A stretch of DNA of 64,000 nucleotides from the IMG/VR virus record IMGVR_UViG_3300042324_002009, positions 1 to 64,000 of that record; one strand, given 5' to 3'. Shown here piece by piece: positions 9,123 through 18,094 of this stretch (position 1 is its first letter; every line of letters starts with the position of its first letter). The notes beneath the pieces were generated by a model. It worked only from the letters and a program-made list of their open reading frames with translations, did not search any database and was not told the DNA's origin. This DNA comes from a virus. Made by a program: the position numbers and the translations under genes.

Positions 9123-9684
9123 AGTTAAAATATGAAACTAACAAAAATGCTCCAGATAAGACGGTTGCGTCTGAATAATCTCCATTTACAATTTGGTGAA
9201 AACCTACCTTTGTAATAGTAGAGTTTTCTTTTGTAAAATGATCCTTTGAGAGGTTTCGAGTAAACAAAATATTTGGAAGGTTAGTTAGGTCAATTCCATA
9301 ACAGTGCATACTTAAAGTCATTGGAACATTCATTGAAATATCTCCAAGATAAAATATACTATTTTCGGTGAGACCTGTATCGTCAAGGTTAAGTCCAGCC
9401 TCTTCAAGTAGTGCTCTACATACTGAATCGTATGGAGTCTTATCTAAATCTGGATTAACTACATCAATTATAAGAGTGCTAGCATTCTGTTTATTCATTA
9501 GATTAGGCGAGTCTAAAAGAAAAATAGACTTGAGCCCATCATTTGAATTACGTTCAAATGGTATTAAACAAATATAGTCTAGCTCGCACGATAGGTAATG
9601 AGTTGAGTGTTGATCTTTGGTTAAAGCCAATATGTTAAAGTTTCCTATTTTGCTAGGAGTTTCATTAGATATTTGATTATGCAT
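9121..9684 (-). CDS. Nudix-fold protein with degenerate Nudix box
   Basis: TPYDSVCRALLEEAGL resembles REUXEEXGU, followed by YLG strand. Confidence 0.6.
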   Translation of the reverse strand: MHNQISNETPSKIGNFNILALTKDQHSTHYLSCELDYICLIPFERNSNDGLKSIFLLDSPNLMNKQNASTLIIDVVNPDLDKTPYDSVCRALLEEAGLNLDDTGLTENSIFYLGDISMNVPMTLSMHCYGIDLTNLPNILFTRNLSKDHFTKENSTITKVGFHQIVNGDYSDATVLSGAFLLVSYFN

Positions 9685-10345
9685 TAGCTGTAGATTTTTT
9701 AGTAGGTGTTGTACTCAACATTTTCTTCATAGTCTTTTTAATTGAGTCCGCCGTTACATTGTTATTTATATAGTCAGACAATTTTGTCAAAAACTCTTCT
9801 TTATTCTTAGAGTTTGAATACATCATCTTTAATAAATTTTTACTAGGTAATTTAATTTTAACTGAAAGAGCTAAATCGGTGTCTTCTAGTGAAAACATAC
9901 CAAATAAGTCACCTGGATCAGTAGAGACCTTAAGTTGAGCCGGTTGAGATGGAGGTGGAGCTATTGGTTTTGGTGCAATAATTTCAGCCCTAAATTCGGC
10001 TGGAATTTCTTCAGTTACTTTAAAATCTTCATTTAATGAAGGAATGTAATTGATTGACTGAATTTCAGCCATTGACATTGGCTGTTGATCTTCAGTGATC
10101 ATCATTAGGTCAGAAGAAACTCGGTCAGTATCAAGTTGAGTACCGTCTGATAGTATTGCCATGAATCTGCCATTTCTAGCCGGCAAAACATCTCTAACTT
10201 GGACTACTTTTCCTAGTTTAGTTTTATCATTGGTTTTTATCCATTGAAAGTCGTTTGATTGGAAGCTGCTTTTTATTGCAACTAAGGTATCAATATCGTA
10301 GTTATTCATAATTAGGTTTTTTATTTTTTTAAGCCACTTTTTCAC
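9677..10345 (-). CDS. hypothetical protein
   Basis: 222-aa ORF with Pro-rich linker, overlapping the polymerase stop; no polymerase motifs. Confidence 0.75.
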   Translation of the reverse strand: MKKWLKKIKNLIMNNYDIDTLVAIKSSFQSNDFQWIKTNDKTKLGKVVQVRDVLPARNGRFMAILSDGTQLDTDRVSSDLMMITEDQQPMSMAEIQSINYIPSLNEDFKVTEEIPAEFRAEIIAPKPIAPPPSQPAQLKVSTDPGDLFGMFSLEDTDLALSVKIKLPSKNLLKMMYSNSKNKEEFLTKLSDYINNNVTADSIKKTMKKMLSTTPTKKSTANA

Positions 10346-11711
10346 TTGACAATTGTTCTTCTAATTTTTTCATTTGATTCTTTGTGTCTACTCGACCATT
10401 ATACAGTTTAGTAAGAATTGTTCGAGCAGCTGAATCCATTTTATTTGTGAAGACTGTATCGTTTTTTGTTAATATTTGGTCAGGTTGTAGTTCAACACCA
10501 GGTTTAATTTTTCCCAAATACGCATCTGGCGAAATATTAAATTGAATTTGAATGTTTGGATACATTGAGGCAAAGTCAAAACACGAAACATATTTGTAAT
10601 ATCCAGGCTCAGGCTTTGCAACATACGCTCCATCATACGTTGCATCTTCTTCTAAGTCTCTTCGATCATTTGCCATATAACGGCCTCTATCTAAAAACTC
10701 ACGACACATTAATGATTCAGTAATGAATACTGCTGAGAATACTTTTGAAACATCGACCTTTGCAAATTTTGAAATTGCAAATGCAACATCAAGTAGTCCA
10801 AGCTTATCTTCAATTAGTTTAATAAGAATTGTATCAATAATATTATACTTGATAAAGTTTTCAATATCTTGTTGAGCTTCCATCATGGTTGCATATTCAC
10901 TATGGAGTTTAGTTGTTCCTAATACTAGGTTAGCAATATAATCTAATTTATAATTCTCAACAACTTTATAGGGTTTAGTATTCATAAATACTTCCATGTA
11001 ATCTAAAAGACCTAAATGAATTGGCATTTTTGATTTACCAATTAAGGTTTTAGACGGCATAGTTTGCATTGGATCAATATCCAATTTTTTACAACGATTA
11101 ATTAGATAAATCCAGTCAAATCCAATAACATTCCAACCAGTTAAGAATGGAATTTTTGGAAGAACTTTATGGAAAAACGTTTTCATTAACTCTTCTTCAG
11201 TTTCAAAGAAAAGATATTTAAGGGTAAATGTTTGACCGTGTGCTTTAAAGTAGTCATTCACTTCATCTTGCATTTGTAAAATTGGAGACTCTTCCAATTT
11301 CTTCATGGTTGACATTACAAAACAAACATTGTCCTCATTAACAAAAGTAATTAAATTAACTGGCATTGCGGCTTTTGCCGGATCAGGAAACTCTTGTGAA
11401 GTTAACTGAATCTCAATATCTAAATAATATTTTTTTGGACTGTCATCTGAATAGATTGAAGCAAGTTCAGTTTCATCTAACCTAGTTTGGGTTAATTCCT
11501 CAAGCCTAAATTTACTTAACCATTTACCTTGAACTTTTTTTAGGAACTTTCCATCCCAGTTTCTGTGTTCAGTTGGGGTTGGGGTTAAGTTCCAATTATA
11601 AAGATCGTGTGGAAGTATAGGCTTTTTCATAAAGCCGATTGTACCATCTGGTTTATAATAAGAAATGACTAGAGTCGAGTCTTCTGTGTGAAATTCTGTG
11701 CTTACAATCAT
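10329..11711 (-). CDS. gp43: family B DNA polymerase, N-terminal subunit only (3'-5' exonuclease plus motif A)
   Basis: ExoI DIE, ExoII GWNVIGFD, ExoIII YNIID, YDGAYV, motif A DFASMYP; ends in the fingers with no motif B or C. Confidence 0.9.
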   Translation of the reverse strand: MIVSTEFHTEDSTLVISYYKPDGTIGFMKKPILPHDLYNWNLTPTPTEHRNWDGKFLKKVQGKWLSKFRLEELTQTRLDETELASIYSDDSPKKYYLDIEIQLTSQEFPDPAKAAMPVNLITFVNEDNVCFVMSTMKKLEESPILQMQDEVNDYFKAHGQTFTLKYLFFETEEELMKTFFHKVLPKIPFLTGWNVIGFDWIYLINRCKKLDIDPMQTMPSKTLIGKSKMPIHLGLLDYMEVFMNTKPYKVVENYKLDYIANLVLGTTKLHSEYATMMEAQQDIENFIKYNIIDTILIKLIEDKLGLLDVAFAISKFAKVDVSKVFSAVFITESLMCREFLDRGRYMANDRRDLEEDATYDGAYVAKPEPGYYKYVSCFDFASMYPNIQIQFNISPDAYLGKIKPGVELQPDQILTKNDTVFTNKMDSAARTILTKLYNGRVDTKNQMKKLEEQLSSEKVA

Positions 11712-11731
11712 ATTAATTAATATACCAAAGA

Positions 11732-12169
11732 TTAATGAGTTCCAGTTGAACCAAATCCGCCTTCTCCACGTTCAGTTGTCTCAGAATAAAGCTGGTCAAA
11801 TAAAACTTCCTCAATTATATCATAAAATACCGGAACAAGTACAAACTGGATCAATTTTTGACCTGGAGTTATGAGTTGGTCAGTAGTTCCAACATTAATC
11901 ACATGGATATGAATTTCTCCTTGATAATCTTCATCGCAGACTTCAGCACCTTTAATTAATAACTGCTTAGTTGCAACTCCTGACTTGTTAAAGGCAGTTA
12001 ACATATACCCAGTAGGAATATCTGCTTTAATACCAGTTGGAATTAGTGCAGAGTTTCCAGGAAGTAATATTAATTCTGGATAATCATTTGGAACAAAAAA
12101 ATCTATACCTGCAGATTTAGGGGTTCCTCTGGTTGGGATCTTAACGTCCCGAATTCTTGAAATTTTCAT
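11732..12169 (-). CDS. dut: trimeric dUTPase
   Basis: SAGID, KSG, DEDYQGEI, KLIQ, RGEGGFGSTG motifs. Confidence 0.95.
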   Translation of the reverse strand: MKISRIRDVKIPTRGTPKSAGIDFFVPNDYPELILLPGNSALIPTGIKADIPTGYMLTAFNKSGVATKQLLIKGAEVCDEDYQGEIHIHVINVGTTDQLITPGQKLIQFVLVPVFYDIIEEVLFDQLYSETTERGEGGFGSTGTH

Positions 12170-12200
12170 TAAATGTATGTTTTATATAGTATTACTTGTT

Positions 12201-12227
12201 CTTTTACCCCCAAAGTGAAAAAAGTTT
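12201..12227 (-). promoter_or_regulatory. putative non-late promoter AAAC-N16-GTAAAAG
   Basis: Upstream of the dut-polymerase operon; exact 16-nt spacer. Confidence 0.6.
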
Positions 12228-12307
12228 AACTTTGGATACAATATTGCTGATAAATAACTTTATCAACTCGTAGACCGTTTTTAAATTTATGAATTTGGGA
12301 CGAATGC

Positions 12308-12316
12308 GATAAATAA
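12308..12316 (+). promoter_or_regulatory. late promoter GATAAATAA (second copy at 12249-12257)
   Basis: Similar to the T4 late promoter TATAAATA; upstream of the tail sheath gene. Confidence 0.65.
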
Positions 12317-12343
12317 ATAACTTCAAAATAATACGCAAAAGCG

Positions 12344-15300
12344 ATGGCAGAAAAATTAAATCTGAACAGATACAAGTCAAGCGGTGTCTACACAGTAGAA
12401 ATTGATGAGAGCACTAACCTTTCATTACCTCTTTCAACTGGAAGATTGGTAATTGGCTCAAGTAAAAAAGGACCGATCAATTCAGTAGTACTAGTTAATG
12501 ACTTACGTACTTTATCGGCAGTCTATGGCGATATTGACTCTAAATTAGAAAAAAATGGTAATTATTTCCACAGAACTATTCAGGTAGCACTAAGAAATGG
12601 CCCAGTTTATGCACTAAATTTATTGCCAATTGCTGATTCAGATGTTGCATATTTTACAACATTTAATACAGAAGCAGCTTCAAATAACTCAACATGGTCT
12701 GCTAGTTCGTATCAAAGCAGCATAGCTGATTTCTATAATACTCAAAAATTATGGTTTGCTGATGTTGACGCTGTTAACAAATATAAAAACTTAGCACTAG
12801 GCGATTCTTTTCCAGCAACTGGAACAGTTGATAGAGATGCTAACAAATTATTAAGTTTAGTTAACTTATCTAAGAAGCCAGTTACCTCATGGGCTAGAAT
12901 AGCTGATACTACTGGTTATGACATTAAAGTTAAAGAATATTATAAATTACTTGGTGATAAGGTTGAAGTTCCTGATTTCTTACACCCTGATGATTATGTT
13001 GCTGACTATTTTGTAGAACTTTCAGTAGTTGAAGGAGACTGGTCAGATTCTATTAGATTGTCAAAAGACCCAATTTATCAACAGTATTTTAATGAAAGCG
13101 GTATCATTTTAGCAAAAATGAACGATTTTTTATCGTTAAAAGAAGTTACAGTAGTTAACCGTACAATTGGAGCAATTATTCCAGAATTTACAGACCTAGC
13201 CGGATCGCCAGCATCATTAGACTATTTGTTTAATAATAAATTTTCTCAATCTGGAGTTTATTGTGCTCTTGACTATAAGAAAATTGATATGATTGATTTA
13301 GCAAACAATCCAGTATTTGATAGCGGTAGCGCATCCGAAAGTATTGAATCACAACGATTGGATTTAGTAGGTTACGGCTTTGACGAAATGGATTCAGCTG
13401 TTTATTCAGTAGATAGCGGTAATCCTGATTTATCTATTGCACCAGTTAAATTAATTGATGTATTAAGTTACAGAAAAACTGCTGGTTACGAATATTATTT
13501 TAATATTTCAACAACCGCGCCTGATAACTTTGAGATTTTACCGGGTGCGGCACTTAGCCTTGGTGAAATGTACACAGTTAACCCAGTTGGTTCTAACAAT
13601 AATTATATTATTGCAACAATCAATAGCCCACTATATAATGCATGGGCAAATGGATTTATTAAAACTGGAGATACTTTACTTACAGGATCTACTGCATACT
13701 TATCAACTGATGGAGTAGTTAAAACGGTTATGAATGGCTTAGCTAAAATTAGTTATATTGAGTTTTATGCATATAGCGATTTAACTTATACTAATCAAGT
13801 TGATGCAGCAACAATCACTAGCGGATCTAATCAATATTTGCATATTAAGTCAGCTGAAGTTACTGAATTTAACTTTGACTTTGACTTAACTGATACTGAC
13901 TATTTTAGATCAGGTTTTAGTTATTTTGCTCCTAACCGATTAGTATTTACACTAACTCCAACTCTTTATGGAAATCCAGCAAAGAAAGAAATAGCAAATG
14001 GAAATGCAGTATATGATGCAGTTAAGAGAAGTAAAATTGAAAACTTTATTAAAACTGGTCAATATATTAAAGCTGGAATACTTACAGACGGTGACGGTGA
14101 CCCAGTTATTCGTGAACGTTTATTAAGGATTAAAACTGTTTATGCAAAAAAAGTAAGTGTTACTTATATAGGAGCTCCTACTAATACGTTAGAGTATACA
14201 ATCACAGTAGATTCTCCACTAGATGCAAATATAACTGGTATTGATCTTACTGGTTCAATATTAAAAACGTATAAAGGAATTAAAAATTATGTAACGGACC
14301 TTAGAGGTTTTTATGTACCTGCAATATCACTTGATGAAGTTGGTTTATATCCTAATGGAACCTCTGCTCGTCAAGATAAGATCCTTGATTATATGTTTGA
14401 GAATACTAATATTGCATCAACTATTGCAGATAATGAGACCTTAAATTTCCGATATATTATCGATTCATTTGAAGGTCAAATTGCACCTGCTTCTAAACAG
14501 CAACTTGCACAACTTGCAGCAAATCACGGAAAAGCACTAGCTATCTGTAATGCTCCATCTTTTGCTCAATATGAAAAATCAATCGACCCAAGCTTTATTG
14601 ATTTTAATACTAACTTAGTATCAACTGAGTATATTTCAACCGGTGGTAATCTATCTTCAAATCCTCAATTTACATTTGGATTTGCAAGTGGAGATAAGAA
14701 TGGTATTGCAATTGCATCTTACGCTGCATACTTTATGCCTAACTTAGTAATATTTGACAACGGTCGAAGTAAATCAATTCCACCTGCTGCATATATTGCA
14801 AATACATATATGAAAAAATATACAGGCGGAAATACTTTCTCAATTGTTGCAGGTAAGCGCGGTATTATTACTGAGCCAGAAGTAACTGGACTAGAATATG
14901 ATTTAACTAATGACGATAGAGATTATTTAGAACCAGTAGGTTTTAATATGATCGTTAGACGTAGAGGTTTCGGAGTAATGATTTTCTCAAATAACACAGG
15001 TTATCAAAGAGTAAAATCTGCACTTAATAACATCCACGTTAGAGAGGCATTGGTAACAATTGAAAAAGATATTGAAAGAATCTTATTGAATTACCTATTT
15101 GAATTTAACGATCCAACTACTAGACTAAGAGTTAAAACATTAGTTAAAAACTACTTAGAAGCAGTTCAAGACGCTAGAGGTATTGCAACATTTGATGTAA
15201 TATTTGATGATTCAAATAATGGTTCTGAGGTTCTTGAAAATAACGCTGGTGTAATTGATATTATTGTTGATTTCCCAAGAGGTATTCAAAAGTTCATCAA

Positions 15301-15370
15301 CCGTATTACAATCACAAGAGCTGGAGGCCAATTAGCTTCTGCTTCTACTGGATTTACGCCTTCATTCTAA
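12344..15370 (+). CDS. gp18: contractile tail sheath protein with large central insertion
   Basis: N-terminal SSGVYTVEIDES and KGPIN; C-terminal PPAAY, AGKRG, DRDYL, IHVRE, FEFND sheath motifs. Confidence 0.92.
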   Translation: MAEKLNLNRYKSSGVYTVEIDESTNLSLPLSTGRLVIGSSKKGPINSVVLVNDLRTLSAVYGDIDSKLEKNGNYFHRTIQVALRNGPVYALNLLPIADSDVAYFTTFNTEAASNNSTWSASSYQSSIADFYNTQKLWFADVDAVNKYKNLALGDSFPATGTVDRDANKLLSLVNLSKKPVTSWARIADTTGYDIKVKEYYKLLGDKVEVPDFLHPDDYVADYFVELSVVEGDWSDSIRLSKDPIYQQYFNESGIILAKMNDFLSLKEVTVVNRTIGAIIPEFTDLAGSPASLDYLFNNKFSQSGVYCALDYKKIDMIDLANNPVFDSGSASESIESQRLDLVGYGFDEMDSAVYSVDSGNPDLSIAPVKLIDVLSYRKTAGYEYYFNISTTAPDNFEILPGAALSLGEMYTVNPVGSNNNYIIATINSPLYNAWANGFIKTGDTLLTGSTAYLSTDGVVKTVMNGLAKISYIEFYAYSDLTYTNQVDAATITSGSNQYLHIKSAEVTEFNFDFDLTDTDYFRSGFSYFAPNRLVFTLTPTLYGNPAKKEIANGNAVYDAVKRSKIENFIKTGQYIKAGILTDGDGDPVIRERLLRIKTVYAKKVSVTYIGAPTNTLEYTITVDSPLDANITGIDLTGSILKTYKGIKNYVTDLRGFYVPAISLDEVGLYPNGTSARQDKILDYMFENTNIASTIADNETLNFRYIIDSFEGQIAPASKQQLAQLAANHGKALAICNAPSFAQYEKSIDPSFIDFNTNLVSTEYISTGGNLSSNPQFTFGFASGDKNGIAIASYAAYFMPNLVIFDNGRSKSIPPAAYIANTYMKKYTGGNTFSIVAGKRGIITEPEVTGLEYDLTNDDRDYLEPVGFNMIVRRRGFGVMIFSNNTGYQRVKSALNNIHVREALVTIEKDIERILLNYLFEFNDPTTRLRVKTLVKNYLEAVQDARGIATFDVIFDDSNNGSEVLENNAGVIDIIVDFPRGIQKFINRITITRAGGQLASASTGFTPSF

Positions 15371-15389
15371 TTAACAAAATACAAAAACT

Positions 15390-15677
15390 ATGAAAAGATA
15401 CATATCTCTATTTGAAAATTTTAATGACGATGTTCAATATATGGTAAAACCAGTAGGTGATTCCTTTAGAATATTTGCTAAAACACCTAAGATGAAAGCA
15501 GACGGTAGTGAATATGAAGATTGTGAATCTTTATTCGGTAAAGGTACAATGTGGAAAGATTATGATAGTCACAGTAGCGCTAAAACCGCTATTGACAGTA
15601 TGTCAAATATGAGTCACAGTATGAGTAAACCAAGTGGTGGTAAACCTCACGGACCTAGTGACTATTTTGCTGATTAA
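15390..15677 (+). CDS. small protein with capsid-targeting-like N-terminus
   Basis: 95-aa ORF co-oriented with the sheath; starts MKRYISLFENF. Confidence 0.7.
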   Translation: MKRYISLFENFNDDVQYMVKPVGDSFRIFAKTPKMKADGSEYEDCESLFGKGTMWKDYDSHSSAKTAIDSMSNMSHSMSKPSGGKPHGPSDYFAD

Positions 15678-15697
15678 TTAAAAAGTTTAATACAAAT

Positions 15698-15726
15698 AAA
15701 AAGGACCTCAATTGAGGTCCTTTTTT
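15698..15726. terminator. bidirectional intrinsic terminator
   Basis: AAAAAGGACCTC-AATT-GAGGTCCTTTTTT between convergent genes. Confidence 0.9.
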
Positions 15727-15780
15727 GTTTAGGGCCGACAGGATATGTCAGATTCCACCACTTGGTTTAAGTCCAAGAAC

Positions 15781-16353
15781 TTAGTCTTCAGGTTCCATAA
15801 TACCTTCAAGAACTCTAATTGAGTCGGTTGAGTCATTATGTAAAATACCAGTTCCGCCAGCGTCAGTCCATTTATTTAGCTTAGTATCAAAATCATCAAT
15901 TAAAATGTCAAATTTATCTCTGGCATATTTCCATTTGTCTTGATCTAAAATTATTCTGGTTTTACTTGTAAAATCTTCAGGTTTAGTAACAGGTTCTTCA
16001 TCAATATGCAGATGTAGTTTAATCCATTTTGCTTTACCTGCTAAACATTCAGCACTTCTACTCGGAGCAGATAGGATAATTGGATCATATTGTTTTAAAT
16101 AGTCCCATAATTCTCTACCGTCTTGCGTCCAAGGTAAATCTGCCCAAAAATCTTCTCCTAATTTATCTAGGATTGGCCAAATTGAATTTTTACCGTGGAG
16201 CTCTTCATATGCATGTGGTGAAAGTTTTTCAGGATTTTCTGAAATTTCAGTAAAGCCTCGGTTAAAGTCTACTAGGACACCGTCTAAATCACAGAAAATT
16301 GTGTATTTTCCGCCTCTTTTTTCAAAGATAAATTGTTTAAATTTTTTAAGCAT
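15781..16353 (-). CDS. HAD-family 5'(3')-deoxyribonucleotidase (NT5C-like)
   Basis: FCDLDGVLVDF, ILSAP, GKAKW, ILIDD; start placed at ATG 16353 (MLKKFKQFIFEK) rather than 16368. Confidence 0.85.
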   Translation of the reverse strand: MLKKFKQFIFEKRGGKYTIFCDLDGVLVDFNRGFTEISENPEKLSPHAYEELHGKNSIWPILDKLGEDFWADLPWTQDGRELWDYLKQYDPIILSAPSRSAECLAGKAKWIKLHLHIDEEPVTKPEDFTSKTRIILDQDKWKYARDKFDILIDDFDTKLNKWTDAGGTGILHNDSTDSIRVLEGIMEPED

Positions 16354-16678
16354 TTTCTTTAAGTTCAAATTGTGTATCTTGATCTTTATTTATTATGGCT
16401 AAAAGATCGTTAGCTATTACCAAATGATATCCGATACCATCCCAAGTTACATCAAGCCCTGAATATCTTTGATATAAAACTTTATCTCCAGCTTTAACTG
16501 GACATTTTGAATTATCTGGAACAGAGTGGCCAACTGCAATTACTGTTCCTGTATTTGGGCGCTTGCGTGCATCAACTGATAAAATAATACCAGTTTCAGT
16601 TTTTTTCTCTACTGTATCTGGTAAAATTAGAAGTCTTTCAAATAGTGGCATAAAGCCTTTTGTTATATCAATGCTCAT
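16346..16678 (-). CDS. groES: co-chaperonin GroES
   Basis: PLFERLLI, KTETGIIL mobile loop, GTVIAVG, VKAGDKVLY, DLLAI. Confidence 0.93.
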   Translation of the reverse strand: MSIDITKGFMPLFERLLILPDTVEKKTETGIILSVDARKRPNTGTVIAVGHSVPDNSKCPVKAGDKVLYQRYSGLDVTWDGIGYHLVIANDLLAIINKDQDTQFELKENA

Positions 16679-17790
16679 TAGTATTTATAATTTTTTTTAA
16701 ATTTGTAATAATTGAATTTACGGCGCACGGTTAAGTCCACGCTTGCTTTTATTGCATCCAATACATCAGTTGGAAAAAGCTTTGTACTTAATCTTACTAA
16801 TGTCTTATTACGATGGATGTTATTCTCGATCGTCTGCCATTCACCAGGTTCCTTTATCTTTAGAGTATCACATGTTATTTCACGCATTACATCAAGGAAC
16901 CCAGAATCACCTGAATCGATTAGGTCTTTAACATCAGACCACTCATATGATTCTCTAACGTACTCTATTATTTTAGATACTTTAGAAGCAGTCATTTTTG
17001 GATGAACTCTTGGAATATTATCTGAACTATCACCAGCTAAACACTTTGTTAAAATATCTAGGGTTGGATCAATAGTTAAGTGCTGGTAGTCTTTTTGAGT
17101 TAAGTCATTTATTATATTAATAACAGCTGAGTTGTCAATTGCCTCAATATCAAAATCAAATAGATTAACTTCTGCTGGAGTTTCGTCTTTACCAAAATCA
17201 GCAGTAGTATAGATCTTTTTATACTTGGTCATTTGCTTTGGCATAATTAAGATAACTTTACGCTTATTACTTTCAAGTAATTGAGTTAGGTCTTTATCTA
17301 CCGACCATATACAAATGTCCTCATTTAGATTTTCGCAAATGTAAGCAATTAAGTCATCGCCTTCTGCTCCAGGTACTCGATTGACTACAACTCCATATTC
17401 ATCTGAGATTATATTGAGTATTTCATTTTGAAAGTATTCAAAAAATAGATAAATTTTGTCATCATATTTTCTTTGACCTTTATAATTAAAGTCTCCTTCT
17501 CCATGTGTTTCAAAATGCTCCTTAATATATTTTTTTCTCCAACTCTTAGAGTCAAATACAAAAAATACAGATTGGATATTTTCTTTAAATGGAGCAAGAA
17601 TACTTCCAAAATAATTTGTTGAAAATGATTTAAACGAATCTTTACTACCCTGTTTAAGAATAAATTTATCATCGTTTAATAAATCAGCAACGTAATACTT
17701 TTCACCAATTCTCTTATCGTTTGCAAGAATGTTTTTAACAATACTTACTGCCACGTTTAAAAAAGCATTTCCGTCTATGATTAGATTCAT
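16678..17790 (-). CDS. rnh: T4 RNase H-like 5'-3' exonuclease / flap endonuclease
   Basis: IIDGN, FDSKSWR, YKGQR, EGDDLIA, SVDKDLTQL, GDSSDNIP. Confidence 0.9.
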   Translation of the reverse strand: MNLIIDGNAFLNVAVSIVKNILANDKRIGEKYYVADLLNDDKFILKQGSKDSFKSFSTNYFGSILAPFKENIQSVFFVFDSKSWRKKYIKEHFETHGEGDFNYKGQRKYDDKIYLFFEYFQNEILNIISDEYGVVVNRVPGAEGDDLIAYICENLNEDICIWSVDKDLTQLLESNKRKVILIMPKQMTKYKKIYTTADFGKDETPAEVNLFDFDIEAIDNSAVINIINDLTQKDYQHLTIDPTLDILTKCLAGDSSDNIPRVHPKMTASKVSKIIEYVRESYEWSDVKDLIDSGDSGFLDVMREITCDTLKIKEPGEWQTIENNIHRNKTLVRLSTKLFPTDVLDAIKASVDLTVRRKFNYYKFKKNYKY

Positions 17791-17796
17791 TTTATT

Positions 17797-18075
17797 TTAA
17801 TTAGTGGGTTGTTTAGGAACTTGTAGTTTCTTTATTGCTTTTACAATAAGCTCAGATTCTTCTAGTGTAAATATTCCTTTAGCTTGGCAATGATTAGCTG
17901 AGGCTATTAGAATAAGTACTGCATGTTCTGGAGTTAAATTTACCAAAAAGTTTTCATAATCTTCAAGATTACTATAACTAATTGAAGAAAGTAGAGTAGC
18001 TATTGGAGCAGCCTCAGGTTGATTTGCGTCAACCTGAGGAGCTTCAACTACTGGTGGTGTTTTTGATTTTGCCAT
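17797..18075 (-). CDS. hypothetical protein
   Basis: 92-aa ORF in operon between gp32 and rnh. Confidence 0.7.
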   Translation of the reverse strand: MAKSKTPPVVEAPQVDANQPEAAPIATLLSSISYSNLEDYENFLVNLTPEHAVLILIASANHCQAKGIFTLEESELIVKAIKKLQVPKQPTN

Positions 18076-18094
18076 TTTGTAGTTTAATTATTTT

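Noticed and set aside
9677-10345. Possible C-terminal half of the polymerase via frameshift or as gp43B
   Set aside because: No KxxxNSxYG or DTDS motif in this ORF
15731-15777. tRNA/tmRNA-like look (GGGCCGAC...TCCACCA; 5-bp stem with 7-nt loop)
   Set aside because: Too short, no T-loop GTTCRA or D-arm, poor acceptor-stem pairing; kept only as an unassigned structured element
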